Numbered from the stretch's first letter, positions 46,800 through 56,135 are shown. The stretch is 64,000 bases of DNA from an uncultured virus (IMG/VR IMGVR_UViG_3300007956_000001) (IMGVR_UViG_3300007956_000001:1-64000), one strand, 5' to 3'. Numbers and translations are program-made. The notes: a model not told the origin generated them from the letters alone.

Positions 46800-46936
46800 A
46801 AATGTGGGAGACAAAATGCGTTGGGTGTGGTAAAATGGTTCCAGCGAATCAAGCACCTCAGATAGGACACCAAGCACCTGATGGTAGTTGGACAAATTCG
46901 TTATGTAAACCTTGTTGGATAAAATCTAAGAAATGA
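46796..46936 (+). CDS. Small Zn-ribbon protein (46 aa)
   Basis: Manual translation with CVGC...CKPC; ATGA overlaps at both ends. Confidence 0.6.
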   Translation: MKMWETKCVGCGKMVPANQAPQIGHQAPDGSWTNSLCKPCWIKSKK

Positions 46937-47208
46937 AATTTAAAGCATTAGTATTTGTCCGATTACGATCACAGGTTGATGACTCTCCTGGCAATGCCGT
47001 GAGAGATGCCTGTAAGAGATTGTCTGAGTTAGACATCAAGAAACTTAGACTTGGTAAGGTAGTTGATGTTTGGTTGGAAGCAGAGACCAGAGAGTATGCT
47101 GAGAAGGAACTTGAAATGCTATCTGATAGATTCCTTGCCAATACAGTCATGGAAGATTGGGACTATGAACTGACTGAAATTGAAACTTTTCCACCAGGTA
47201 TTGAATAA
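46933..47208 (+). CDS. purS: FGAM synthase subunit PurS
   Basis: V.LR..V.D..G.AV...LRLGK...LAN.VMED. Confidence 0.85.
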   Translation: MKFKALVFVRLRSQVDDSPGNAVRDACKRLSELDIKKLRLGKVVDVWLEAETREYAEKELEMLSDRFLANTVMEDWDYELTEIETFPPGIE

Positions 47209-47411
47209 TGGATGATTTTAACACACCAGGATCTAATAAGATAGGACTCACTCCTGTATTCAAAGAGTTCGTAGTTAATTTACAGATAGATAATGTAGTG
47301 AAGATCTTAGATGCTAAGATCGAACGTTGTAACGTATACAACAGTGATAATCGAGATGAAGTATACAAACAAATAACCATTACTTACAAAGAAGACACAT
47401 GCAAGCAGTAA
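47208..47411 (+). CDS. Hypothetical protein
   Basis: 67 aa, coupled to purS. Confidence 0.55.
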   Translation: MDDFNTPGSNKIGLTPVFKEFVVNLQIDNVVKILDAKIERCNVYNSDNRDEVYKQITITYKEDTCKQ

Positions 47412-47632
47412 TTTATTCAAATGGTAGTCAAGAGTGTGAGCGTATCGCAGCACTACTTAAGTCAATGGGTGGAGAGTTTCATGAGTATAACCTCAACGAA
47501 CACTTTACTCAAAGAGCATTTGAAGCAGAGTTCGGACCTGAGGCAACATATCCTCAGGTTGCTATTGGTGCCAAACATCTTGGTAACATGCATGATACAC
47601 TTAATTATATGAATGAATCGGGAATGTTTTAG
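47399..47632 (+). CDS. Glutaredoxin-like protein
   Basis: VIYS...SQEC, TYPQV.IG..H.G thioredoxin-fold pattern. Confidence 0.7.
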   Translation: MQAVIYSNGSQECERIAALLKSMGGEFHEYNLNEHFTQRAFEAEFGPEATYPQVAIGAKHLGNMHDTLNYMNESGMF

Positions 47633-47646
47633 TGGGGAAAACCGTC

Positions 47647-47675
47647 TTGACAAAGTAATATAAATTACTTAGAAT
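47647..47675 (+). promoter_or_regulatory. Sigma70 promoter
   Basis: TTGACA-17 bp-TAGAAT; spacer palindrome AAGTAAT/ATTACTT. Confidence 0.75.
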
Positions 47676-47683
47676 AATTAAAA

Positions 47684-47881
47684 ATGAAATTACGAAACAT
47701 GGCAAACGAAACTGAAGTGCAAACTTTTTGGGGTTTGGACGCAAATAAAATTGAATCTATTGATGACGTAAAAGCAATCCTCGGTGCTATGGATTTGTTT
47801 GTGCGTGAAGATCTTCCTAATTTTGATGATATCAAACATCTGTTTACCGAAGAGAGAAAAGTTGAAATGACTAAAGAATAA
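47684..47881 (+). CDS. Hypothetical protein
   Basis: 65 aa (alternative ATG at 47699). Confidence 0.55.
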   Translation: MKLRNMANETEVQTFWGLDANKIESIDDVKAILGAMDLFVREDLPNFDDIKHLFTEERKVEMTKE

Positions 47882-47888
47882 AAATTAA

Positions 47889-48494
47889 ATGTTTTTTGAT
47901 GTAAAAACTGTTTTCTTTCACAGTATAATATCAACAGTTATTGATGATATTGCTCATAATGAAATAGCTGATGAGTTAAAAACTGAAAGATATGTTCCTG
48001 TTAACGACCTACATAAAGGATCTTTTGCGACAAAAAGTAACAATATATTAGTTAAATTTCCAAAACTGGAAGAAAAAATATATGATGCTTTTAATTATGT
48101 TCTTCGTGAAATATATGAGTATTCTGGGGATTTTGATTTCAAAATAACAAGTTCTTGGGGAACAAAAACTGAACCAGGTTTTTTTTCTCATGTTCATCAT
48201 CATTCCAATTGTTGGTTTAGTGCTGTTTATTACCCTAAAAAAATTTCTGGGGGAATTATGTTTATTAATCCCCATAAACAAACTTTTAAAATTTCACCAT
48301 CACCATTAGTTGAAACAACTTTTTCTTTTACACCTGATAGTGATGGTGAATTAGTTATATTTCCTCATTACATTGAACATCAAGTAAAAAGAAATGATGA
48401 TTTAAATGATAGATACTCTATAGCATTAAATATTATACCAACTGGTAGTTTTGGAATGTTTGACTCTACGGTAACTAATTTAAGTCTTAACTAA
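47889..48494 (+). CDS. 2OG-Fe(II) oxygenase-like protein
   Basis: SSW...HHHSNCWFSAVYY...GELVIFP..IEH.V...RYSIA.N. Confidence 0.85.
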   Translation: MFFDVKTVFFHSIISTVIDDIAHNEIADELKTERYVPVNDLHKGSFATKSNNILVKFPKLEEKIYDAFNYVLREIYEYSGDFDFKITSSWGTKTEPGFFSHVHHHSNCWFSAVYYPKKISGGIMFINPHKQTFKISPSPLVETTFSFTPDSDGELVIFPHYIEHQVKRNDDLNDRYSIALNIIPTGSFGMFDSTVTNLSLN

Positions 48495-48505
48495 TAAAAT
48501 TAAAT

Positions 48506-48730
48506 ATGAATAATTTAACATTTGAAGTAGGTGATACTGTAAGATATCTTGGTTGCTCCATGGAGCAAAAACGGTGGGGTAATAATGATTTTCCACCCTG
48601 CATAGTAGATAAAGAATATATTATTGAAAAAATAGAAGTACATTCTCAGCACACAAAAGTATCTTTAAAAGGTATATGTGGTAAATTTAATTCAGTATGC
48701 TTTTCCCTAGTAAAGGAGACATTTGTATGA
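48506..48730 (+). CDS. Hypothetical protein
   Basis: 74 aa; WGNND...HTKV...FNSVCF. Confidence 0.6.
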   Translation: MNNLTFEVGDTVRYLGCSMEQKRWGNNDFPPCIVDKEYIIEKIEVHSQHTKVSLKGICGKFNSVCFSLVKETFV

Positions 48731-48807
48731 GTAGAGGATGTTGCGGTGCTGGATGTCGTGACTGTCCATTTAGACCACCCAGTAAACTGTCCACTTCTCC
48801 ACCATGA
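48727..48807 (+). CDS. Cys-rich micro-protein (26 aa)
   Basis: MSRGCCGAGCRDCPF...; ATGA overlap with the upstream ORF. Confidence 0.5.
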   Translation: MSRGCCGAGCRDCPFRPPSKLSTSPP

Positions 48808-48859
48808 GAGTGGATTTTTGTTGTATAATGACTATAGGAAAACAAACTGACCGCTACTT

Positions 48860-49168
48860 ATGAACTGGTATGAGTATTGGATAGGTCATTGTTGGGTGAC
48901 TGGATGGAGAAATATTAGACATGCCTTCAACATCTGGGTAGATCTTATGACATCAAACTATGATGGATATACTGTGCTTGATTATGATGATCCATATACA
49001 GAATGTAGAGAGTGGTTTTGGCAAACTCTTGGTGAGGACGATGTTTATCCTAAAGCATTTCTCGAACATCTAATGCAAATGGTAGATGATATTGATACTG
49101 GTAAAGTAAAAACTTATTCAATAGATGAAGTGTTTGATAAAGTAAAAAATTTGGTGGATGAAGAATGA
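48860..49168 (+). CDS. Hypothetical protein
   Basis: 102 aa, downstream of a hairpin and TATAAT (48824-48829). Confidence 0.65.
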   Translation: MNWYEYWIGHCWVTGWRNIRHAFNIWVDLMTSNYDGYTVLDYDDPYTECREWFWQTLGEDDVYPKAFLEHLMQMVDDIDTGKVKTYSIDEVFDKVKNLVDEE

Positions 49169-49608
49169 CTGAACCAAAGAAGAAACCAAAAACTACTCCA
49201 AAGAAACCTGTTGCTAAGAAACCAGCAACTCCAAAAAAGACTACTCCAAAGAAAACTACTAGTGCTAAACCAACTCCCACCACTAACAAATCTTCAACTG
49301 CTAAGAAAACAACAAGTAGTACTAGAAAAGCAGCAGAACCTAAAAAAACTTCTGCTAAACCGACAACTACTAGAAAGAAAAAATCAACAAGGGTAAGAAA
49401 ACCAACTAGGGCAAATCAGTTAAAAATTCCGAAGGAGAAATTAAAAATGTTTCCATACGAAATGTTTCCAGTAAGGCTGTTTCATATGGAAGGAAAAGAC
49501 TTTGCTGATTTAAAAGTTTGCTCCTTTACCGATGAGTGTTATGCCTTAAAGTATATCGAGAGGTTGGGGTTAAAAAAGTCTGAATATAAAATGGTGAAGA
49601 GGAAATGA
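49165..49608 (+). CDS. Lys/Thr/Pro-rich basic protein (histone H1-like tail)
   Basis: TPKK and KKT repeats over the N-terminal 80 aa. Confidence 0.6.
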   Translation: MTEPKKKPKTTPKKPVAKKPATPKKTTPKKTTSAKPTPTTNKSSTAKKTTSSTRKAAEPKKTSAKPTTTRKKKSTRVRKPTRANQLKIPKEKLKMFPYEMFPVRLFHMEGKDFADLKVCSFTDECYALKYIERLGLKKSEYKMVKRK

Positions 49609-49835
49609 AAAGTTATTGGAGAATTTGGGCAAAAGCATTAGGACGGAAAGATGGACGAGATAACAGAGAAGCAGATATTATTGCTGGCATACGCACCCTT
49701 GTTGTTGTTGCTTACATGGTTACTAATGTTGCCATTGTGGCAAATGTCATAAGGCATTGGAATGATAAAGCATCAAATATCTATATTTGTGCTGACAAAC
49801 CCCGTGGGGGTTATTGGTGTACTAAATTTAACTAA
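49605..49835 (+). CDS. Hypothetical membrane protein
   Basis: WRIWAKALG...EAD..A.IR, one hydrophobic helix. Confidence 0.6.
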   Translation: MKSYWRIWAKALGRKDGRDNREADIIAGIRTLVVVAYMVTNVAIVANVIRHWNDKASNIYICADKPRGGYWCTKFN

Positions 49836-49841
49836 AGAACT

Positions 49842-50111
49842 ATGACCGAACAAGAAAAAGATCAACTTTCCGTATGTAAAGAACAGGGATTACATGATAA
49901 TGCTGAACTTATTGATGATGTATTTTATGTCTGGGAGACTCGTTTTGGTTTGTTCTCTACAATGACAAAACAGGGAAGAAAGATGTTAACTGGTATGCAT
50001 AAAGATAATGTCATTACAATGACACGTTGGCATCTTAAGTGCGAACAAGATGGTACTTTACATCTATATACCCGTGTGGTAAACTCTGGAGTAGTATCAG
50101 GAAAATTATGA
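49842..50111 (+). CDS. Hypothetical protein
   Basis: 89 aa ORF. Confidence 0.6.
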   Translation: MTEQEKDQLSVCKEQGLHDNAELIDDVFYVWETRFGLFSTMTKQGRKMLTGMHKDNVITMTRWHLKCEQDGTLHLYTRVVNSGVVSGKL

Positions 50112-50263
50112 CCAAAAAACAATCTAAAAAAATTGATAGTAAAGGTCGTGAAGAAATCTGGGAGTGGGATGAAACTCCAGAAGCAAAAAAAGCAATCAGA
50201 GAATTGCACAAAACTATTGCAGAACTCGAACTTAAAGCACCAGATTATGGAGTTGGTAAATGA
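50108..50263 (+). CDS. Small hypothetical protein
   Basis: ATGA-coupled at both ends. Confidence 0.55.
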   Translation: MTKKQSKKIDSKGREEIWEWDETPEAKKAIRELHKTIAELELKAPDYGVGK

Positions 50264-50616
50264 CAGGTAAACTTGACCCAGAAGAAAGAGTTCTAGATGA
50301 GAGTATTTTCTCTACACGCAAAGCAACCGCACTTTGCAATCAAGGTGTAACTGAAAAACTTCGTGAAGTAATTGCTACACTGGGGTGGGATTGCTATGAT
50401 GATGTTGTAGTTGAAATTGGTGGCACAGTAGTCTCTGGTATCCACCAAGGTGAAGAGTATAATAAGAAGTGGGCAACTCAATACGGTACTCGTAAATATA
50501 ATAAGGATGCCTTCATCGTAATCAAAAATCTATCTAGGAATGATGACACCAAGTCTCAACCCATGGATAGACCACACGAACCTCATCATTTAAAGGATGA
50601 CACCAGCAAAACTTAG
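50260..50616 (+). CDS. Hypothetical protein
   Basis: 118 aa ORF. Confidence 0.6.
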   Translation: MTGKLDPEERVLDESIFSTRKATALCNQGVTEKLREVIATLGWDCYDDVVVEIGGTVVSGIHQGEEYNKKWATQYGTRKYNKDAFIVIKNLSRNDDTKSQPMDRPHEPHHLKDDTSKT

Positions 50617-50815
50617 AATTACTGGTAGTGCTCTTCTATTAACAGGATATTTCATTTTGTTATATGTTGACGTATTACTAGGATGTTGCTTTAGACTTGT
50701 TGGGGGAGTGTTAATGCTTCCCTTTGCTATTAAAATCAAAGTGTGGGATGTTGTAGGAATACAAACATTTTTCGCATGTATCGATTTATCTAAAATCATT
50801 CAACTTACATTATGA
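50597..50815 (+). CDS. Small membrane protein
   Basis: Two to three hydrophobic segments. Confidence 0.55.
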   Translation: MTPAKLRITGSALLLTGYFILLYVDVLLGCCFRLVGGVLMLPFAIKIKVWDVVGIQTFFACIDLSKIIQLTL

Positions 50816-51339
50816 ACATTTTTGTTACTTCAGATAACCCTATGCAATCTGCAAGAGTTCTTCCTGATAAACATATTGTGAAAATGCCCTTAGAGTGCTG
50901 TCAAATGATTTCTATCATTTACTCTAAGTGGTATCTAAATTGGGGTGAAATTCACAAGAAAGATGGTGACCCATATAGCACTAAAAAAGGTGCTTTCCGC
51001 AATCATCCATGTACTGTTTGGGCAGCAAAAAACCATTACAATCTTGCATGGTTGATTCAACATGGATGTGCTCTTTCTTCCGAGTATCATCATAGATATG
51101 GTAAGATTCATTCTTGTTCTAAAACTCTGTTTGAAGCAAAGAAAATTTTTCATAAACATGCTGATAAAGCAATAAGTTGCCATACCCTTGCTGAAAACTT
51201 TACCCGTGCGATGCCAGATGAGTTTAAACATGACACAAGCATTGACACTTTTACTGCTTATAGAATGTACATTAGCAGCAAACCTTGGGTTGCATCTAAT
51301 TATCTTCGTGACGAATCCCGTAAACCAAATTGGGTATGA
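50812..51339 (+). CDS. Pyrimidine-dimer DNA glycosylase/DenV-family protein
   Basis: MNIF...DKHIVKM.LE..QM, NHPCTVW, EY..RYGK.H, AMPD, AYR.Y. Confidence 0.75.
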   Translation: MNIFVTSDNPMQSARVLPDKHIVKMPLECCQMISIIYSKWYLNWGEIHKKDGDPYSTKKGAFRNHPCTVWAAKNHYNLAWLIQHGCALSSEYHHRYGKIHSCSKTLFEAKKIFHKHADKAISCHTLAENFTRAMPDEFKHDTSIDTFTAYRMYISSKPWVASNYLRDESRKPNWV

Positions 51340-51345
51340 TATAAA

Positions 51346-51828
51346 ATGAAATTAATAATACAAGATAATTTCATTTCAGAAGAAAATAAAGAAGATTTAA
51401 ATTTATGTGAAAAGGATATAAAATGGTATAAACGTAATGATTATAGTCATGCATATGGAAATTTATGTATGACTATAATCAATCGTGCAAAGTTATATTT
51501 TAATATTGATAATCACTGTGGATATGAATTGTGGGCACGAAGTAATACTAGACCATCTGGTTGGCATGTAGATAAAAATGAAATGATGTTTCAGAATAAT
51601 TTCGGACTATCACTTCCTATATGTTCATGTATATACTATCCTTATGTTGATGTTAGTGATGGTGGTAATTTAATTTTTGAGTGTGGAACAGAAATAGTCC
51701 CCAAAACAAATAGACTAGTTATATTCTCACCTAATGTTTATCATAATGTCGATTATTTTTTAGGTGAACGAGTATCAATACTAGTTAATCCATGGAACTC
51801 TCCTCGTCCTTTATCTTACAATAAATAA
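51346..51828 (+). CDS. 2OG-Fe(II) oxygenase-like protein
   Basis: WHVDK, IYYP, GGNL, PKTNRLVIF...H.V...R.S..VN. Confidence 0.8.
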   Translation: MKLIIQDNFISEENKEDLNLCEKDIKWYKRNDYSHAYGNLCMTIINRAKLYFNIDNHCGYELWARSNTRPSGWHVDKNEMMFQNNFGLSLPICSCIYYPYVDVSDGGNLIFECGTEIVPKTNRLVIFSPNVYHNVDYFLGERVSILVNPWNSPRPLSYNK

Positions 51829-51849
51829 AAAAATAACAAGTGATTTAAC

Positions 51850-52605
51850 ATGCAGAATGTATTAAGTATTGATTTGGATTATATAATGTGGCCAGATATT
51901 CATTTTTATAATTCTTTACTATATGACCATAATCCAACTGAACGATGGATTAAAATGCAAGAAGGAGACTTTACTAGTGTAAAAAGAAAGTATGAAATTG
52001 ATCAAGGAAACTTGATGTTTGTATATAACCTTTTTTTGAAAGTAATAAAGCATTGTAAATCTGCATCATTTGGATATGAACATGATGCAATTTTATATGA
52101 ACTTGAAAAGGAAAAATATGATAATATTAATTTGATACATATTGATCACCATGATGATTATATAAATGGTAGTTATGAACCAGAAGGATATAAAGGATTT
52201 GAAAAAGAGTATCATTTTGTAGAGAAACAAAACCGTTTAGATGAAGGTAATTGGGGAGCATGGTTAAGATCTAAAAATAAATTAAAATCTTTCCTTTGGA
52301 TACATAATCCTAATATGCGTTTTGACTTAAAACATGAAAAAGTTAAGTTTATATATGATAGTATGAATACAGAATTCTATATGCATGATAAGAAAGAAGT
52401 AAGACCAGAAATAGAAAAGTATGATCATGTATTTGTTTGTTTATCACCACAATATATGCCACCAAACTGCTGGCACTACTTTGGTATGTTTTTGAGTGCA
52501 TATAAAGAAATTGCAGGAATGGAACCACTAATACATATTAAAAAATATGGACGGATGAATGAACTAAATGCTGTTCACGATATGATAGTAAATAATTACG
52601 CATAA
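51850..52605 (+). CDS. UPF0489-like (arginase/deacetylase-fold) metalloprotein
   Basis: VLSIDLDY, HIDHHDD, GNW, FVCLSP.Y.P. Confidence 0.6.
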   Translation: MQNVLSIDLDYIMWPDIHFYNSLLYDHNPTERWIKMQEGDFTSVKRKYEIDQGNLMFVYNLFLKVIKHCKSASFGYEHDAILYELEKEKYDNINLIHIDHHDDYINGSYEPEGYKGFEKEYHFVEKQNRLDEGNWGAWLRSKNKLKSFLWIHNPNMRFDLKHEKVKFIYDSMNTEFYMHDKKEVRPEIEKYDHVFVCLSPQYMPPNCWHYFGMFLSAYKEIAGMEPLIHIKKYGRMNELNAVHDMIVNNYA

Positions 52606-52657
52606 TTTACATTATTCATCCAGTAATATATAATTTGAGCAACAAAGACAACTAATC

Positions 52658-53314
52658 ATGAAAATTTTTCTAGATACTGCCGAAATTGATGAAATTCGGT
52701 CTGCGTATGAAACAAAACTGCTTGCTGGTGTAACAACCAATCCAACTCTTATTAAAAAGAGTGGACGTGACCCAGTGGAAGTTATCAAAGAAATGTCTGC
52801 TGAGTTCACTACTCTGGAGTCTATCTCTGCTGAGGTTGTCGCAGATACCGCAGAGGAGATGGTAGAGCAGGCACAGGCATTTACAGGTCTATGGAATGTT
52901 ACCATCAAGGTTCCATGCACTGTGGATGGTCTTAAGGCATGTAGAAAACTTGCTGAACAGGGATTTAAAGTAAATGTAACTCTGGTATTCTCAGTTGCAC
53001 AAGCAATTCTTGCGGAAAATGCTGGAGCATCTTTCATCTCTCCTTTTGTCGGAAGATGGTTTGATAATTCAGTAGATGGAATTGAATTAATTAAAAAGAT
53101 TCGTAATGTATTTACTGGTGATGGTAGATTCACTATGTGCAATATCCTTGCAGCATCTGTTCGTGAAGTTTATCAAGTGGAAGAATGTGCTGGTGTCGGT
53201 GCTGATATTTGTACCATGCCACCAAAAGTCTTTTGGAAGATGTATAATAATGTGATGACTGATAAAGGTCTAGAGCAATTTCAAAAAGATTGGGATAGTG
53301 TAAATCATGTATGA
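52658..53314 (+). CDS. talC: Transaldolase TalC
   Basis: IFLDTA, GVTTNPTL, IKVP, NVTLVFS, SPFVGR, ILAASVR. Confidence 0.95.
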   Translation: MKIFLDTAEIDEIRSAYETKLLAGVTTNPTLIKKSGRDPVEVIKEMSAEFTTLESISAEVVADTAEEMVEQAQAFTGLWNVTIKVPCTVDGLKACRKLAEQGFKVNVTLVFSVAQAILAENAGASFISPFVGRWFDNSVDGIELIKKIRNVFTGDGRFTMCNILAASVREVYQVEECAGVGADICTMPPKVFWKMYNNVMTDKGLEQFQKDWDSVNHV

Positions 53315-53486
53315 AGAACTAAACTGTTTTGAAGAAGCACTTAAACATTTTGGTACTAGGGTAGAAATTATCACTGCTATGGAGATGGCAAAAAAATTGA
53401 CTGCTGAAGATGCATACCAAATGATTAAAGATGAACTTAAAGAGGTAAAAAAATGTCGTAAACTATTTAAAAAAGATGACTGCTGA
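53307..53486 (+). CDS. Small conserved protein (59 aa)
   Basis: Manual translation MYEELNCFEEALKHFGTRVEII.AME...AYQMIK. Confidence 0.65.
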   Translation: MYEELNCFEEALKHFGTRVEIITAMEMAKKLTAEDAYQMIKDELKEVKKCRKLFKKDDC

Positions 53487-53511
53487 TATATAAAGAAATG
53501 TTTATGTAAAA

Positions 53512-53715
53512 ATGGAAAATCAAGAAAGCACTGAGTACAAGCAATTATTATGTGCCCAGTGCCAAACAGTAAAAGATTTAACTGAGGAGAATTTTACTAG
53601 AATAAATAAAAATCAGTTTCAGGCATTTTGTAAACCATGTATGGAAGAAATTCAAGATAAGGTTGATGAAATAGATAAATTTAATAGAGAAAATAGTCCT
53701 TTATTCAAAGAATAA
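53512..53715 (+). CDS. Small Zn-finger-like protein
   Basis: CAQC...CKPC. Confidence 0.55.
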   Translation: MENQESTEYKQLLCAQCQTVKDLTEENFTRINKNQFQAFCKPCMEEIQDKVDEIDKFNRENSPLFKE

Positions 53716-53717
53716 TT

Positions 53718-53903
53718 ATGGAAAATAAGTTACAATTAGATACTCTGGATATTCAAAGAAATGATGATGGGTCTTTTAGTCTCAAGTGGGACTCTAAAGA
53801 TCCTAATTGGACTTGGTTAAATGAGTTGACATCTGAAGAAATCAAGATTATGATAGAGGAAGCACTTGATGACTACATCAAAGAAAATGGATACGAAGAA
53901 TAG
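53718..53903 (+). CDS. Hypothetical protein
   Basis: DGSFSLKWD.KDP.W. Confidence 0.6.
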   Translation: MENKLQLDTLDIQRNDDGSFSLKWDSKDPNWTWLNELTSEEIKIMIEEALDDYIKENGYEE

Positions 53904-54309
53904 TACAGGATACAAAAATTACTCTCTTTCTAGGTTAGAAGACAGTATTTTTGATGCAATGCAATCTGGAGCAACTGCAAGAGAAGTATTTGATACTATC
54001 TTTAATATTGTAAAAGATGAACGCAATTTGTCTGAACAAAAAATGGGATATGCTGCTGACCTACTAGCATATCTTAGAAGTGGTGGAAGATTAAACTTTG
54101 AAAAGGATTTAGATGATTTGACATCTGATGAAATTAAAGCACAAGGTGGTTATGAATGGACTCCTGCAACATCAAAGGATGAGACCATTGATAGAAATGA
54201 TCCCGTAAGACTTGCTTATGAAAGAGGGTGGGTTTATGAATCACCTGATAATGGCAAAACAGTAACAAAACGTCGGGTTGGTGAAACTCAAAAATATCCA
54301 GTTAAATAA
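53887..54309 (+). CDS. Hypothetical protein
   Basis: C-terminal YESPDNGKTV.KR..G; start set at ATG 53887. Confidence 0.6.
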   Translation: MDTKNSTGYKNYSLSRLEDSIFDAMQSGATAREVFDTIFNIVKDERNLSEQKMGYAADLLAYLRSGGRLNFEKDLDDLTSDEIKAQGGYEWTPATSKDETIDRNDPVRLAYERGWVYESPDNGKTVTKRRVGETQKYPVK

Positions 54310-54317
54310 ATTTTATT

Positions 54318-54539
54318 ATGGCACTTAGCAAATCCGTTGAAGCATCACTCCAAGAAGCAGAATCTCACCTTAGAAATGCACTTGCATTTGCTGCTAGACA
54401 AGAACGTCCACTTGTATGTTCTAGCATTGCAGAAATTATTCAAAAACTTGAGAATATCCAATCATTTGATGTTATCCTAGATAAACTTGAATCTAGAACA
54501 GAAGGTGATAGTGGAACCTGGGGTCCAATTAGTGAGTAA
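54318..54539 (+). CDS. Hypothetical protein
   Basis: MALSKSV...LRNALAFAARQE. Confidence 0.65.
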   Translation: MALSKSVEASLQEAESHLRNALAFAARQERPLVCSSIAEIIQKLENIQSFDVILDKLESRTEGDSGTWGPISE

Positions 54540-54625
54540 GATTATATAAATCTGAAGATAATCTAAATAAGTCAGGGTTTCAACAAAATCTATGCTAGAC
54601 TGTTTAGAGAACCAGTAAAGATGTC

Positions 54626-54787
54626 ATGACACTTCCTTCTAAGCAACAAAAATTAAATAAAAACGAAATTAAAAGTATTGAAAGTGCAGTAGAAGATTCG
54701 GGTATTAGTGCTGTCCATCCTGAAAAGATGGAGGCATTTGCTGAGTATCTTGTAGAAAAATTAAAAAATAATCGTACCAATAAATAA
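54626..54787 (+). CDS. Small hypothetical protein (53 aa)
   Basis: Manual translation MTLPSK...HPEKMEAFAEYLV. Confidence 0.55.
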   Translation: MTLPSKQQKLNKNEIKSIESAVEDSGISAVHPEKMEAFAEYLVEKLKNNRTNK

Positions 54788-54811
54788 TTTATAACTTAAG
54801 TATCAAAAAAT

Positions 54812-55777
54812 ATGGGTGTAAATGCTATAAGTCAGGGTCCCTCATATGGTCAGGTTGATATTGCTACTGCAACTACAACACCATTTAGTGTTTCTACTTT
54901 AGAAAACTGGACGGGGACAATTGGTAGGGATTTCAGCACCAGAGGTGTGAGACTTGCAAATCATTCTGGTTTTCGGAATCCTTCTACTGGAGCATACACA
55001 ACTTCTCGAACATCTGACCTTGGGTCATGTAGAGGAAATAGTTATTGGGGATGGAGATTGAATAATGCTAATAATTATGATTATGAACTAAGTACTAATA
55101 ATACAGGAGTAGGTGCTGGACTATACAACCAAACTAGTACTCAATTACAACTTGTCTTTTGTTCTACTGATGTTCCTACTACCCAATCACATTTTACTTC
55201 CAATAATAGAAGTACTGTAAGTACTTGGACACCGGTAGTTAATTCAACAACAAGTAATTATAATCCCGCACGTCCTTCTTGTTATGTTTATGCACTATGC
55301 GGTCCTGCGAACGGTAGTACAGACCCACTATACATTCATTTTAATGGAACAAATACTGGGTTTACTTTAATGAATATACTTGTTGAACTTGAGTTTCATG
55401 GTAATCCGTATGGAATACATGAATGGGTAATTACAAGTACGACTGCATCACAGACAGCAGGGGCAAGTAGTCCAACTGGTAACGTAATTTCCCATCCTGG
55501 TAATACTTATGGATATGATTGGGCATGGGCAGCAATTTATTTTGCTTCAACAATGACTACTGCAACATCTCCTAGTGGTGTTGATTACAGTGGTGAAGGA
55601 ACTACTAGTCTTCTTAGATTAATGAATAATGGTGGTAATGCTCCAATAGCAAGACTATTCAGTTATGCCCAAGATAATAGTAACGGAACAATTGCACCCA
55701 CAATTTCAGGTCTTCATCCAACGGGTCAAGGTACAAGCCCATTTTGTGGTGCTGGATTTTATTTAGGTATGCGATAA
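54812..55777 (+). CDS. Putative virion surface or receptor-binding protein
   Basis: ATAAATA at 54780-54786; T/S/G/N-rich, no Lys. Confidence 0.45.
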   Translation: MGVNAISQGPSYGQVDIATATTTPFSVSTLENWTGTIGRDFSTRGVRLANHSGFRNPSTGAYTTSRTSDLGSCRGNSYWGWRLNNANNYDYELSTNNTGVGAGLYNQTSTQLQLVFCSTDVPTTQSHFTSNNRSTVSTWTPVVNSTTSNYNPARPSCYVYALCGPANGSTDPLYIHFNGTNTGFTLMNILVELEFHGNPYGIHEWVITSTTASQTAGASSPTGNVISHPGNTYGYDWAWAAIYFASTMTTATSPSGVDYSGEGTTSLLRLMNNGGNAPIARLFSYAQDNSNGTIAPTISGLHPTGQGTSPFCGAGFYLGMR

Positions 55778-55814
55778 ATAAAATTAAACTTATAAATTTT
55801 AAAAATAAAAAATA

Positions 55815-56135
55815 ATGACTGAAGCAGTTACATCACCATATGAAGGTGAAATTTCGGATATTAGATTCGGTGGTTCTGATGGATTCATTTTAAGTGTGAG
55901 TATGGATATTTCCTTCCCTGCTGAAATTGAAGAACATCCAGAACCAACACTTTATATGTTTCATACGGTAACCTTTGAAAGACCACCAGAGGAGGAATTT
56001 ATTTCATTCGACAATGTAACGATTGATATGATTAAAAACTGGGCAAAAATTGATGGTGATCTTGAAAATAAAGTCATAGAACATCGTGAAAGAATAAGAA
56101 CAATGATTCAATCTATTACTCCTGCTGATGATTAA
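55815..56135 (+). CDS. Putative fibre accessory protein
   Basis: FISFDNVTIDMIKNW motif; ATAAATA at 55774-55780. Confidence 0.45.
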   Translation: MTEAVTSPYEGEISDIRFGGSDGFILSVSMDISFPAEIEEHPEPTLYMFHTVTFERPPEEEFISFDNVTIDMIKNWAKIDGDLENKVIEHRERIRTMIQSITPADD

